Assembly: GCA_046563655.1 (NCBI GenBank) | Contig: CM102286.1 | Location: 14,322,001 to 14,386,000 of the forward strand | Source of the DNA: Yuukianura sp. NJ FZ-2021 | Lineage: Eukaryota | Length of the DNA: 64,000 nucleotides | Reading direction: 5' to 3' | Shown here: in pieces, positions 1-19,470 of the stretch | How positions within the stretch are numbered: position 1 is the stretch's first letter | Layout: every line of letters starts with the position of its first letter | The notes under the pieces: generated by a model | Told to the model about the DNA's origin: nothing | Seen by the model: only the letters and a program-made list of their open reading frames with translations | Database searches by the model: none | Position numbers and translations under genes: made by a program

Positions 1-837
1 AAAAAAAGTACAAGAAAAAAATTTTTTTTTGTTAGAAAATCTACCCAGTTGGATTTGAAACCTTAGTACTAAAAGATAGGTATTTTCTTAACCTTAACCA
101 CTTTTCTATGGTTTCACTTTTTTTTCTCACAGTTTTTGTGACGAACGAAACTAAACTTGAAAAAAAAAGAAGAAGAAAAGAAGTTCTCCTTGCCATTTTT
201 TGCTAAAAAGTAGAGGTTTTGCGTAAACTATAAAATTCAATGTATATTTTCATACTAACAAGGCAGAGAGTATAGCAGCTTAAAGCTGGTTGCTAAATTG
301 AAAAAAAAAATTCTACCAGTTCACATCTGTCGTTCGTCACAATCACAATGGAAATCTGCAACTATTAAAATTTTATAACTTCTTTTTTAGTTTTTCGCAA
401 TTGTAGTGATTACCGATTGACGCAAGCAAAAGCTAGAATGTAGATGTTCGATTCGACTAAAGCGAAATTTTGGTTAGCAATTTCGACTAAAGTGAAATTT
501 TCTAAGCAGTTTTCGTCGACTAAAAAGTGAAATTTTGTCTAACGGGTTTGAAAGGAATGATTTTTAGAGACGTTTTTAGATTAATGGTTAGTTTTCGAAA
601 AAGTGCAATTTTTTCAGTTAATCGTTGGTTGGGAGTAAAAAGTGGAATTTTTCCGTTTCATCCGACTTTTTTGTAAGAGGAGAAGAAAATGGCGAAATTG
701 CTTTTTCCGGGGAAAGTGAAAAAGTGAATAATTGATTTATTGGCTTCGTTACTTTTTAGATGTTGATTCAACAAGACTAACTTTAGCTTAACTTTAACGT
801 GTAATTTCCGTTTGTAATTGACAGTAACCAACCGAGT

Positions 838-6626
<5,789 letters not shown>

Positions 6627-7555
6627 AGACAACAACAACAAAAGTTAGGTTAACTTAACTAAAAAGTTACGTTAGCCTAACCAGAAAGGAACTCGAGTCA
6701 TGCGCACACTCACTGACCACAGTTTTCAAAACGCTTGCGCGGGAGAATTCAGATATCGACTTTGCCTCGCACTTTTTTTTCGTTCAACGTTTTCAAAAAT
6801 GTTTGAAAAACCTGTCGTCACTTCAACTTTTTCCTAACTTTGGGCCAAGCGCCAAAAAATTCCTATTTCAAAACTAATACATAAGTATAAAAGTTTTTAG
6901 AGAAAATATGTCATTTCATCTTCCACTTTCATCTGTTTTCTTGTGTCACGGAGAGTGTATCTGTCACTGTCACTTTCTTGGATTTAGCCATGACTTTACT
7001 TTTAGAAGTTAGTTTAGACTAAGTCAAGGTCAAAGGTCAACTTGCTCGTTTTTTGGCTCTTACTGTACATGTCTATTGTTAGAATACTGAAGGTTGTATA
7101 TCCAATTGTGTGATTTGATGAGCCTATCAATCGGTATCAAGCCAAAAGACAACATTCTCAACAAATTTTAAAAATACGTAAAATTTTCGATTGCTTAAGA
7201 AAAGTTTAAAATTTAAAGTGTTTATGGCACTAAATTTCAAAATTTGCTTGCCCTTGCTATGTAAACATGTGCTAAATATAGTTAAGTTATAGTTAAAGTA
7301 AAGTTAAGGTTGTGACGGTCTACTTGTACGGTGACCTGAACGTGTCAAGAGGTCAAATTCCTTAAGTTTCAGTCCTTTTTGCTCACTTAAGCAGCAGTCC
7401 ACGGAGGCTGTGGCGCTAAACTCTAAAAATTGGTCGGCAAATTGCGTTGACCAAAAAAGCTTTCCCTATTTGCCTTTTAAAATGGCATCCTGGCATTTTT
7501 AAATCTTAATTATAATTAATTATGCTAAGATTAAGGTTATGGTTAACTAATTAAT

Positions 7556-7607
7556 TTATGATTGGAGGTGCACTACTCTAATTATGATTGGAGGTGCACA
7601 ACTCTAA
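7556..7607. repeat. Two-copy 26-bp tandem repeat downstream of PKC
   Basis: ttatgattggaggtgcactactctaa followed directly by ttatgattggaggtgcacaactctaa. Confidence 0.85.
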
Positions 7608-8951
7608 AACCTGTCAGATCCTAAGCAAACCCACCACTACCACCCTTGATGCCTTCACTGATGAACACTTTTCGAAAAATTAGCATTTTTCCACCAATTT
7701 CAAAATAACCAAATTTTACCGCCTATTTCAAAGTGAAGAACTTTTCGGAATGCGACTAGATTTGAGTTTTAGCGGCAATTTTAAATGTCGTGGAATGTAC
7801 AAAATTGGATTTTATCGAAAAGGCGGGAATTTCAAATTAAGTTTCATGTACCAAAAAAATGTTAACAGAAACCGTTGCCTCACCACTTAAATTTAATACA
7901 AAATTGTAATTGAGATTAACTCTTTTTCTTAATTACTTCAATTAATTAAGAGTAAGATTAATTAAGATTAATGACCGTCTTTTACCTTCACTTATTCCAA
8001 CCATCACCAAGCATTATATTCCAAAATGAATGAATTTTTTTCAGTGCTGTCATCCATGATAATTAAACAGTGTAATTTAAATCTCAGTAGCATTTTGTTT
8101 AATCAAACTGTGTTAAATCTTACCTCTTTAAATACACTTAATGTTGCAATATATTAATGTGAACGTGAATCAATAAATATTATCCAGTGCATCTTGTACC
8201 ATATTCGAAATTTAAAATTTTCTTCCCGCCCAGATTTTAAATAGTGGCAGTAACGAAATAACAACATTGCTACATTTAAGATTTCAGTGATTATCGAAAT
8301 CTAAAAACCTAATTAATGTATCATGATGCCCAACGTTGTGGATTCCCATTTCTGTTAGTCTAGGAGCCGTTGAAGTCAACAACTCCGAGATGGTTGCAAC
8401 CGTATCGAGTTCGCGGAAATTCGGTAGCCACACACGTTACCCACAGCTACCCACAGCGCAGGCGGTATACTTATAAGCACTTTCAGGCGTTACAATGGGT
8501 GGTTGTCGTAAAACTGTTTAGATAGGTGAAGTAATTGCAAACCATGTGACCTACGGCGTCTGACACGTAACTTATGTCTGGTTTGTGTTACCGGATGGAC
8601 AAAATATTTCTTCCACCCACATCAAATTAGGTGGAAGTATCCATTTATATCTATTTTTTCAGCCATTTCTTTCGGATAAAACCGGATAAAATACATTATC
8701 CACTTGATATAATTATTGGATGAAACGTCAAAAACGTGATTATACAGCAACAATGCGTCTGGGATCTGGTTCTGTGCCTGCTGCCGTCAGTGAGGATACA
8801 ACTGTTAGGTTTGTTGTGTACGTCAACCAATGTTTATATTTTTTAAGTGGGTGTAGCTTCCCCTGAAAAGCTTCGTCAATCGATCAACTTCCGGTTTATT
8901 TTAACGTGATTTGTCAATTAACAGTTTTAATTGTAATACATAATTGATAAC

Positions 8952-10284
8952 ATGTTAAATTCCAAAAGGAATCTAGTATTTCAAGGCGGAAGTGTCAAGG
9001 GAATTGCCTACTTGGGTGCCGTAAGTGCCCTGAAGGACTTAAATTATCTTAATTTTGATGTCGTTGAGCGTGTGGCCGGGACATCTGCAGGAGCCATGAC
9101 AGCATTGGCACTGGCACTCAATTATTCTACCGAAGAGCTTACCAAGGTCCTCACAATTGATGTCCAAGTATTTCTGGATGATGCCAATTCACGCGTATCC
9201 AGGAAAACTTTACTAAATTTGAAAGATGCTGTTATGACCAATCCCTCTCAGCCTAATCGACTACCGTTCGTGGCTCCTGCAATTCTTATGGATTTAAGAG
9301 AAAACCTTGGCCTTTTCCCTGGGAAGCAAGTTCGTGATTGGTTGGAGCAATTGATTTTTGAAAAAACGAATATCCGTAACTGTACCTTCGAAGAGTTACA
9401 TGGTCTGACTACAGAAAAACGAGAACTTGGATTCAAGGATTTGTATGTCGTTGGATTCAATTTGAACACAAGTTCGGCCAAGACATTCTGCTGGGACGAA
9501 ACGCCCAAAGCCATCATCGCTGACGCTGTCCGGATATCCATGGGAATTCCATTTGTATTTGCACCGTATCAGTACTTTGTTAAGAACGACGAAGGTCAAC
9601 CGGTGCTAGCAGAGGGCTACGAAGCGGATTTATGGATTGATGGTGGAATTGCGGAAAATTATCCTGTCAAAATTTTCGATGGAGCTGAGATAAACATGGA
9701 AACACTCGGATTTTATTTGGCGACTCCCGAGGAAATGAGAATGATTCGAGGTATTGATAATTTACTTCTTCAATCGTTAATTGATTTTATTCAATAATTG
9801 AAATTTTGTTTATGGTATTCCAGGATTGGAAACTCCAGCACCAACGCACCGAATAGAAATTTCTGGATTTTGGGAGTACTCATTAGCCGTCCTGGAATCG
9901 GCACTCTGTGTTTCTCAACAAATGATCCAGCACATGCGCGGAGTGGACCGAATCCGTACTATCTACATTGACACACTTGATATTGGAACGCTCGACTTTA
10001 ACATCACGGTGGACCAGAAGAACGACCTTATCGAATCGGGATGGAATGCTTCGCTGAAATTTATTGAACGCTTGAATAAAGATAAAGATAAGGAAGATAA
10101 AGATAAAGAAAGTATCCAAGAAGTTGAAGCCAAAGATGATAAAGCGGAAGAACTGGAAAAGAAGACGGACATCATGGAAAATCAAGTTGAAAAACCGATT
10201 TCTCCGAAAAGAAACTGTCCGATTCAAATCCCAAAAGAAGTTCCGGTGGAGGACGATTCAAAGTCAAGCTGTGTTGTTTCCTAA
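8952..10284 (+). CDS. Patatin-like phospholipase of ExoU/VipD-like type, about 419 aa; exons 8952-9750 and 9824-10284; C-terminal CaaX (CVVS)
   Basis: NLVFQGGSVKGIAYLGA oxyanion block, nucleophile motif GTSAG, AVRISMGIPFVF and catalytic DGG (WIDGGIAENYP). A phase-1 GT-AG intron at 9751-9823 joins the two ORFs in frame. Confidence 0.9.
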
Positions 10285-10756
10285 ATGGCCCAACGGTAAT
10301 CACAAGTTATAATTATTTTAAACGTATATCTCTTCTACTTGTTCAGGTCAATAATTTTTCAATTACTAATTGGTCAACTTCCTCTACAAAACGAATCTTT
10401 TTAAAAGTCTGACAATCAAATGCGAGAATGGAACACAAATGCTGCCTTCTGCCAAATTCTTTTGTAACGGAGAATTGAGCATACATTTATCAGTGATTGG
10501 GAACACGGTGCTTAAAACAATGTCCTACTTACAGTATTATCTTAAACTTGTTTAACTGGTATTTTAATTAGTTCAGAAATATATAACTAATTAAAATGTC
10601 TATCTTATAATTGGACTAATTGCATTTCAGAAAGTAGCGGGAGTTTTTACTAGCACCAGTCAATCAGCTGTTTTTGTTTGTAAACATGCTGGATGCTAGG
10701 TAGACGGTTTTTAACGTCAATCAATCGTGAGACGTTAATCGATTAATTAAGCGTAA

Positions 10757-11917
10757 ATGACCTTAAGCAGAGTCATGTCAATTATGGGGAAGGAAACGAA
10801 ACAGATTCTTGCAAGTGTCAAATGCGTTTTAGTTGATTTAAGCGGTACGTTACATGTTGGGGATAATCCAATTGAAGGTGCCATCTCAGCTCTTCAAAGG
10901 TAACACTGCACCGGAACATTCAATAGTTCAAGAATAATTATTACGAACAACGCTAAATTGACATGATTCGAATTTTCAGGTTACGTGATGCTGGCATTAA
11001 AATTCGGTTCGTCACAAACACAACGAAGGAGTCCAGGAATTTGTTAATTCGACGTCTAACTACTATGGGATTTACAGTGAATCCTGAAGAAATGATTACA
11101 ACTCTTGCCGTTGCTCGACAATATATTGAAAAACGAGGTAATTGACGTTGACAATTTCTTAGATTAGCATTGAACGAACTTAACACTAATTAGATTGACT
11201 TAGTAAACCCAAAATTTTTGGTGTAGATCTGAGGCCATTTCTTATGATTGATCAGAAAGCTGCCGAGGATTTTGAAGGAATCAACTGCGACGATCCCAAT
11301 GCCGTTATAATAGCACTGGCCAAGAACGAACTAAATTATCAAAACATGAATCGTGCTTTCAGGTACTAACTAAAACTTAATGTAGATTTGACATTTATGG
11401 ATTGTTTTCTGCTAAATTGGAATCTTATGTTGTTTGTTCTGAGCGACAGGCTTATCAACTCTGGGAGTGAATTCATCGCAATTCATAAAGGACGATACTA
11501 CCAAGACGACAAAAACTTGTCCATTGGTCCTGGACCATTTGTAAAAGGCCTGGAGTTTGCAACTGGCAAGGAAGCAATGATTATCGGAAAACCATCTCCG
11601 GCTTACTTTTCTGGTGCAGTTGAATCTGCTGATTGTGAGCTCCATCAAGCAGTGATGATCGGTGACGTAAGTTTACAAAGTACTCATAGTTTTCAATTAA
11701 TCAGTCCACAAACCAAGTTTTTGTCATTTTCATGTAGGATGTCCGGGACGATGTCGGTGGAGCCATGAAGGTTGGTATTGGAGGAATCCTTGTAAAAACT
11801 GGGAAGTATCGAGCCAATGACGAAACAAAAATAACTCCACCTCCTGACCTCGTTTCTGAAAGCTTTCCATCAGCAGTAGATTTTATTCTGGAATCACTTG
11901 CAGCCAAAGGAAGCTAA
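10757..11917 (+). CDS. HDHD2: Haloacid dehalogenase-like hydrolase domain-containing protein 2 (HAD class IIA)
   Basis: [68 protein letters not shown]. The start ATG could be 10757 or a nearby in-frame Met. Confidence 0.92.
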
Positions 11918-12038
11918 AATGCATCGTGGAGTGGAAATTATTTATGGCTTAAGTAGTTTAGGACGTAGTATTTTTGTTTTTGTTTTTGCTTTTAGATCTA
12001 AAAGTATTACTTAATTATTCAGTTAGTTTTAATTCACT

Positions 12039-14126
12039 TTAGTTATTCATGTTATCAGTCCCATGATAAGCAACTTTTGACCGTGCCATGACATGCTCCG
12101 CGGAGTTCCAAACTTCTGACCTGGCCAGTCCCTTGTCCTTGTTAAATTTCGTTTCAAGTGCCTGCACATTCACAGAGTCATCTGGATTTAGAAAATAGGC
12201 TATGGATTTTCTGGATGCTGATTTTAGTTCTGGCACTTCTGGAAGCTGGACACGATGATACTAAAAATCAGTAAACTTCAGCATTTCGAATGACATTTCG
12301 AACTTCGAATTTTGAATTCAAGTTTTCAAATTTTACCGCTCCTTGGTATCTCCCGTCGGACCAAAGTTCCAGAAAATCAGCAACGTTCAACAAAACTGTT
12401 CCAGGAATAGGATTGGCAGGGATCCAGTCTCCACATTTCGATTGGACCTTTTGATGTAAAAACTAATTAATTAAGATAATTATAATATAACTGTTAATTA
12501 TTGTATAAATTAACTGTTTTTGTTAGTAATTAAAAAACCGTTTTAGTTTCGTCTCCAAAAGCAAACGGAACCGGCCGTTTCGTTTCCAAACTACGAGGAA
12601 ACGGAACGTGAACATCCCTACTTTTTTAAATTATATTATAATTATGTTATTTTAAGGACGTGTGATATGCGTCTAATAAACAAAAATCGTTAAATTTAGT
12701 AACCACGATAACCGAGTTTTTGCATTTAGTAAAAGATGCAGACATCGACAAAAAGAAACACCCTCGTGAGTGGTGAAAAAGGATCAGTGCAAATATGATC
12801 AAAAAAAGTATGCACTTTCAAACAAACAAAATACTGACACAAGTTCGGTTGCCGTCGTCTGGGTTTTGTCAACAATTTTTCTGAGGCTGCGACATTGAAA
12901 TTGAAAAATGATCTGGGACAGCGTAGGAATGTCGCACAATGACCCACAATATATCAAACTTTAGGAAAAGACTTGATCTAGTTTCTCGCTAAAAAAAAAT
13001 TACAAAATTTTAGTTGTAACTGTAAAAAAAAATGGACCCAAACATTCCACCTCCATATTTACATAGATGGAACTAAAACTTTGTAATTTTTTTTCAGCGA
13101 GAAACTAGATCAAGTCTTTTCCTAAAGTTTGATATATTGTGGGTCATTGTACGACCTTTCTACGATGTCCGAGATCATTTTTCATTTCATGTGTTACAGC
13201 GGCATTTTGACCCCCAGTTTCCAGGGTGTCCGCACACCTTAATTACTAATTAAAATGGCGTAATTATAATATAGTTTTTAAGTATTATTATATATAAATG
13301 TGTTTTGATTGGTACCTCCAGTCCGAATGCATTTGTGTCCAGAATAAGCAAAGTGAGGAATCCATAGTCCGTGTGAGCTGCGCAACGCGTAGGATTTGTG
13401 TGACCTTTCAAATCGTCACTTAACGGAGGATAGTAAAGAGCCCGGAATGTCGTTGTATTTGGGACAGTGGGGTCAAGCACATGCTGAATGGCATTGACAA
13501 ACACATCTTGGTCATTGACCCCAAGACTACTGGCAAGTACTTTGGCAATTGCCAGTACTACTGCCTTCATCTGACCCTCCAGAGTGTCAAATGCTGGTCT
13601 AAAATCTGGAACAACTGAGTCCGGATAAATTCGTTTGTTGCCACACAGGTCAAAGGATTCCTTGTGCTCGTAGTCCGCATCTCCTTCAAGTCTATATTTT
13701 TAGAAAATTATTTTTATGACCTTGACCTTTGACCTTTGCTGAACTTGTTTTCCTTACTCTGCTCCAGGCGGAGCATATCCAGCGTAAGTGTCAGGATCTT
13801 CCGGAGTCTGGTCAAACGTTTTTGCAAATTGACATTTTTTTTCGGAATTCAATTTGAAAAACTCATCGCTGCACTTGAATGCTTCCTTCACCTTGGACAG
13901 TATTAACATCATAAAATTTCAGTTAATTAAATGAATCAGCTAATTAGTTTAGTTAACTTACAACTTCTTGTGAAATTCCAGTATTTTTTAAATATACAAA
14001 TCCAATTGAATGCAGAGCTTCATCAAGTTCGACCGCAACTTTGTTCCAAGCACTCGAATTTGGAACAGAACTAAACAACGACGAAATGTCCACAATCGGA
14101 ATTTTGGCGTCTAAATTTTCCTCCAT
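12039..14126 (-). CDS. 2-oxoglutarate/Fe(II)-dependent oxygenase (DIOX_N + 2OG-FeII_Oxy, IPNS-like superfamily)
   Basis: IPIVDISSL...GFVYLKNTGI N-terminus; RALYYPPL; HTDYGFLTLL (HxD); YHRV (distal His); RKSIAYF (RxS). The checked exons splice in frame. Confidence 0.9.
12903..13183. mobile_element. Long foldback (inverted arms of about 110 bp), MITE-like, in an oxygenase intron
   Basis: aatgacccacaatatatcaaactttaggaaaagacttgatctagtttctcgct at about 12940-12990 recurs as its reverse complement at about 13097-13150. Confidence 0.75.
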
Positions 14127-15151
14127 TTTCAAAATTGTTGCTCGACTACTAAATTTTCCTGTTGCCTTTGGACAAAGAGTCAACATTAAGTCACAGTAAG
14201 TAACAAAGTCAAACTGCATATCAAAATTTTGTCTTAACTTTCATGATAAAGAGTGATTCATATTCATCTGGTTCAAAAGTCATGCGAGTTGAAGCATTTT
14301 CTTTTGACCTTTGACCTCTAAGGGCAAATTTCTTTCGAAACCTAAAGATAAGTAATTTTCGGCGAGGAGCAAATTTAATTTTCGAATTAGGCCACGGGTT
14401 GGGGATTTAATTTTTAATTATCCATAAAAGACGTTAAAGAGGTGGTTCAAATGTTTGAAATTAATTAAAATTTAATTTAACTTGGAAAGCGTTTTTCGAA
14501 GCTTATTTTCACATTCCGAGGTTTCAGAACTTTTTTTTTAGTCTTTGAATTCTTAGTTTTTCACAACATCACGTTTCGTAAGCGGGAATTAAAAATATTG
14601 AAAATTTTATTAACTCCCAAAAAGAAAACACAAAAAAAACTCATTATTGCCTTCTAATTGAAAAAAAAATTATGCTAAAACAATTTCGATGCATTTTAGC
14701 AGGTTTTCGTGATATGATATAACCTAGTTTTTCTTGTTCTTACAAATTGAAATCAAAAGCGCATTTTCTGGAAAAATTTGGAAAAGTTAAATTTCTTGGT
14801 TTCAAACAATTTTTTTTTTGAAATTTTTGAATTTAGTTTTAAGCTGCTTTAGTCAATTGTGAGTATAAATTATTCAGTTACTAAGTTGGTAAAGCTTTTG
14901 GAAGCTTTACTTACAAAATGGATTTTAAAAACGTAGATTTGAAAAAGGCGGCAAAGTTTATTAAGGTTTGGAAAACAACTACGCCTGCTTTTGATTTTTC
15001 ATCTTCAAGGTTAAAATTTGAAAATCTAGTTTTAAATTTTAACGGTTTCATCGTCAGAAGAAAAATACTCCACAATACTTTTTTGGTTCCCAGTTTGGAT
15101 TTGACTTCGGTTATGGCAGAATTTCCAAAACGAGCAATTGATTTGTACAGG

Positions 15152-16926
15152 ATGAACAACAAATCCAAACTTTGGGCAAAACTGTCCTACGAAACTGCGA
15201 ATCTCATCGTGACTTTTGGCTACACCATGGGTTACCTGCCGGTCAAATGGAACAAAACTTCAAACCAAATGGAACCAATTACTTCCCGCTTTGAATTTAC
15301 AAGGTGGATCGGAACTTGTCTGTTCGTCATGACTTTTGAAGCAGTCATTTGCATCAGTTACGTCCGTCACTTGCTGGAGGCTGACGACATATTGGCATTT
15401 GTGAAGCAAGATCTCTTCCGACTCATCATCGTCGGAATCTCATCCCTATGCGGCCTCTTACATCTTCATACGGCTTGGAAGTTCCGCCAATTCTCTGCAT
15501 TTATCAACCGAGCGGCGGGATTTTATGAATTTTTCCAAAGTGGGTTCCCACTTTTTAGTACATTTTTCAAAAAATTTCTTCTTAGAACGGACAAACAAAT
15601 CCCGTCTTTTTCATTACTAAACACACACCCAAAAGCGGACAAACAACCTCACGATTTCATTTACGAGGGAACACCCCCAACCTGTCGTTGAGTTTTTGAA
15701 TTTAAAAAAATACAGTCATATTCTGTATGTCAAAATATAATTCCCTGTAGTAGTTTCGGTTGCCAACGCCTAAAAAACGTACCCCGACCTGGGCTCGAAG
15801 CTGTGGCCTCATCCCAGGAGAACGAGAGAAAAATGTTTTTTTAGTGTTTAGAATAAGGCTGTATTTTTTAAATTTAAAAACTCGACGACAGGTTGGGAAT
15901 GTTCCATCTTTAGTATTATCTTATGTATTTTCCTTATAAATCTAATTTAGGCATTTAGATAAGATTTGCTTGAGATATGCAAATCTTTTTCGTACTAGCT
16001 AAAAAAAAGTTGTTAATTTTTGTTTTGCTTGAAATTTTAGACAAATATGCGATAAGACGAGAGCGTGCTGGGTACACCAAGGAAGATGTAATCAGTGGTC
16101 TAATTAAAGTGGGATTTCTGTCGGGCATATTTGCCTTTGGGAGTCTTTTTAGCCTCTCGTACCTCGTACGCTGTCGCAGACACATGCTGTACTACATTCT
16201 GCCGATTTGCAATTCAGAGTATTCGATGTACACGAAAATTCCGATCAAAATTTTGGGCACATTGGCCCAATTTCAATTTATTGCGTTCAACATGGCTGCT
16301 GTGAGTCTCTACGTTGACCTCTTCGCTGCCGTTGTGCTCATGGGCTTGTACATCGTCCGGGAAATGAGGCAAGTACCGGTTTGAAACAGAACATTTTTGA
16401 ATCTACTCATCTTTTTTCAATCGAATCAATTGCGTTTCACTTTTACCGTTTCAGTGACAGTCCGGAGAAAATTCGGCGAACGAAACGATCTCTGCTCAAA
16501 CCGCGGAATTGGTTTCACGCTTTCCGATGTCTGCAGTTGATAGTGAGCGAGCTGAATGACTGCATTGCAGAACTGTTCATGCCGCTCCATATGCTGGCAA
16601 TCGTATTGGTATCGGCTGGATTTGTGGTGATGCTGATTCGTTACGACCTTGGACCAATGATCACGGCTTTCTTGGTCCTTGGACTTGTCTTATTTGGCTT
16701 TTACTACAGACTTCTGATTGGACGTGGATCCATGTTGTGCGAAGCGTCAGACGTTGCACTGGAGCGCATGCGTTATCACATGGACACTCCTTATCTAAAA
16801 CGTATGCACAGAGCATGTACTTCTTTGAAACCGAATGTTGGCGGACTTTTTCCGCTGAAGAAAAACACGGTGGCCACCATGTACCAAACCAGCGCTGAAA
16901 TGGCATCGGAAATGCTTCTATTATGA
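15152..16926 (+). CDS. Gustatory-receptor-like multi-TM chemoreceptor, paralog 1 (3 exons)
   Basis: Multiple hydrophobic segments; C-terminus VGGLFPLKKNTVATMYQTSAEMASEMLLL resembles the GR TM7 region; same exon structure as the two downstream paralogs; intron 2 uses a GC donor at 16369. Confidence 0.7.
15668..15905. mobile_element. MITE-like element with inverted arms of about 55 bp in intron 1 of GR paralog 1
   Basis: ggaacacccccaacctgtcgttgagttttt... is mirrored by ...aaaaactcgacgacaggttgggaatgttcc. Confidence 0.7.
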
Positions 16927-16948
16927 ACCAATCATATTCGAATACGGT

Positions 16949-17246
16949 CAAGGTTCCTTGACAACTAAAAGTTAATTTTCTTTAACAGGTTGGGTACTAC
17001 CTCGCTTTTTGACCAAAAAAATCTTGAGTCAACCAATTTGTTTTCTACCTTTTAACTTCTTTCCGACTTTGAATTTGCCAATTCAAAAGCCATTTCTCCA
17101 AATTTTTGAATTCCGTTTCACCATACCACCCACGCCTGAAATTATGTGAATTCAGTTTTGAAAATTTTTCCAAAAAAACTTAAAACTTGAGTTGCCTAAT
17201 TGCCTAACCTGTTAAAGAAAAAGTATTTTTTTGTCTATCCACCTTG
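16949..17246. mobile_element. CAAGG-ended MITE family copy
   Basis: Starts caaggttccttgac, contains ttctttaacaggttggg and aacctgttaaagaa, ends caccttg; related to the copy at 54498-54754. No clear TSD. Confidence 0.55.
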
Positions 17247-17478
17247 TACGAACAAATCAAATTTGAATCCGGCCCCTGTGCATTGCATCGCTCTTGCACG
17301 TTTAAACTTCATACGTTCATACTCTCGTAGTGAAAATTAAACTAGAAACGGCGCAATTGTGGAGTTTTTTCTTTAGATTTTAGAGAAATATTAATTTTAT
17401 TTTATTTCTGCTTTTGCTGTAGGCTTGTATTGCCAATAAAAATTTTAAATTCAAAACCAAGTTTTCAAAATCGAAATT

Positions 17479-18713
17479 TTAAAAGAGTTCAAGTCCAAAA
17501 TCTTCGTCAACATTAGCTTCCTCAGCCTCAGCCATCATGCGCTCAGTCAATGACATTTCTTGTGATGCTTTGAGTGCTTTGGCCTTGACCTCAAGGTCAA
17601 CATGTCGCTTCTCCCAGCGTGGTTCATAAAACGGTGCAAATGTCGTATTAGCTCGATCTCCTCGTGTCACTCCAAAAAAATCCAACTTTTTCAAATTTGG
17701 AAAATAACTCAACACGCACAGTCTGTATCCCTCTTCTTGTTCAATTGGATTTCCCTAAAAACTCAAAATATTGAAAAAGTCAAAAATTTTCTCTATCTTT
17801 TGCATAAAAAAAATTTCATGAACGGTTACATGCAAAGTCAATGACCTCAGGTCATTCAGCGGCATTAACTTTTTGACCTCAAGCATGTCAGCGATTGCGT
17901 TTCCGTGCAGGTACAAAATCCGGATGTTCGGTACTTGGGAAATTATCTACAATAAAAATTTCAAAAAATAAGATTTTTCAAAATTTTGAAATTTTGTAGA
18001 CTTTACATCATCCCCGAGTGTTGCGATGCAGTTACAACTGATGTCAAGCCAAACGAGTCCCATTGGCCCACCAACCAGTACTCGGTATAACATGTTCGGA
18101 AGTTCCTCCAAATCTGGAAACAAATTGTAACTTAAGCGCACGCTTGACGTTTTATAACGTCCGTCAATCTGTTTCGGCTGTTTGTAACTTCGGCTGGTCT
18201 GCGGAGTTTCATTTTCACCCATAATTTCTGAAAACAAGAAAATTTAAAAAAAAAATGAAATTTTTACTTTTTTGAAAATTTTTTAGCACAACCATTGATG
18301 CTGTCCAGCATTCCGAAAGAGTAGTCCAGCGGTGGTTCTCCAATGTAAAAAGTTTCTTCTTCAGCTCCATCTCGGCCGCCACTGAAGCGATGTTGCTCTC
18401 CAATAATAAGAATTCCCATTCGGCGATCTTCGTGTGCTCGGTACATCCGTTCGGCCGGAACATCATCGTCCGAAGTATTCCGCTCAATTTTCTCCAAGAA
18501 CAAGTCCTGTTTCTTCTTAGCTCCATCTTTCTTTTTGTGTTGACGAGGTTGTTTGGCCTCAACTGATGCTTTGGAAGCCTCTTGTTTCAAAACTGCCGCT
18601 CTTTCTCTCTCGTCCAATCGGATTCCGGCTCTGATTGTATCGAAAGTGGCTTGAACCAGTTCATCTGGAATTTTTGGTTTCACTCTTGGAGGAGCCCGAA
18701 TCAGCGTATCCAT
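17479..18713 (-). CDS. LRRC51: Leucine-rich repeat-containing protein 51-like with an N-terminal extension
   Basis: GEPPLDYSF, LVWLDISCN, IRILYLHGNAI, LRSLTLHGNPI and FPNLKKLDF across four exons match the recalled LRRC51 pattern. Confidence 0.8.
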
Positions 18714-19470
18714 CTTGGTTACTTTTTGGCTTCGAGTTCCGCAGCAACAATACGACTACTGCGCATGCACAATTTTTTCATTTCTTTTCAATTTTGCATG
18801 GATATAAGCAAGTTTGTTGTCTTCAACAAGGTTTTGTTGTCACGGACGACGAACACAGCTTTCTTTTAACGAATTTTCACTAAAAAACTTCAAAAATTTT
18901 TAGCGTATTTTGGACATAATCTTTAATTCAAAATTTTAATTTTTGAGTTATTTAGTCAGAAGTCAAAAAATCCAATTTTTTTTCACGTTTTCAAAAAAAA
19001 AAAAAACACATTTCCCGAGGTACTAATTAATTTATAGTCCCTCGGAAAATGTGTTTTTGGAAAAACGTTTCATTCAGAATTGATCTGATAGTTGTCGTTT
19101 AGAAAGGCAATAAAATTTTGATTCACCCGCAACGCCCTTGGTGTTTAGAAAAAAAATTTTTTGAAAAAATTGAATTTGTTTTTTGAAAATGACAAATTTT
19201 AGCCAAATCGAACGGATGGGCTGTAACTTATTAAAGAACTACGTCGGCTTTTCGGTGAAATTTGCTAAATTTGTTATGTCCAACTACCGCTATATTTTTT
19301 AATTACTATGCATGACTCCTGTACCTGAGAAAAGTACCTGCAAAAGAAACTCATTCGCTAATTCTTCCTCTTCATGTGAACTTCATTTTAATATTTTTCA
19401 AAATTCAATGCCATTTTCTTAAATTAAAGTCCCTTGGATAATTTTTGATAGAATTTAGCAAAAGTACAGG

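Noticed and set aside
7556..7607. Possible CRISPR-like repeat
   Set aside because: Only two adjacent 26-bp copies with no spacer, in eukaryotic DNA; a simple tandem duplication.
8952..9797. Bacterial contamination explaining the patatin
   Set aside because: The gene has a spliceosomal intron and sits between ordinary eukaryotic genes with host-like flanks.
12039..14126. Isopenicillin N synthase / beta-lactam pathway gene
   Set aside because: It shows only superfamily-level motifs (HxD, H, RxS), is intron-rich and has no ACV synthetase nearby. It is better called a generic 2OG-Fe(II) oxygenase unless a phylogeny says otherwise.
14918..15151. N-terminal extension of GR paralog 1 in the ORF track
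   Set aside because: The paralogs start at the homologous gtacaggATG (15152); the upstream part is AT-rich and not conserved.
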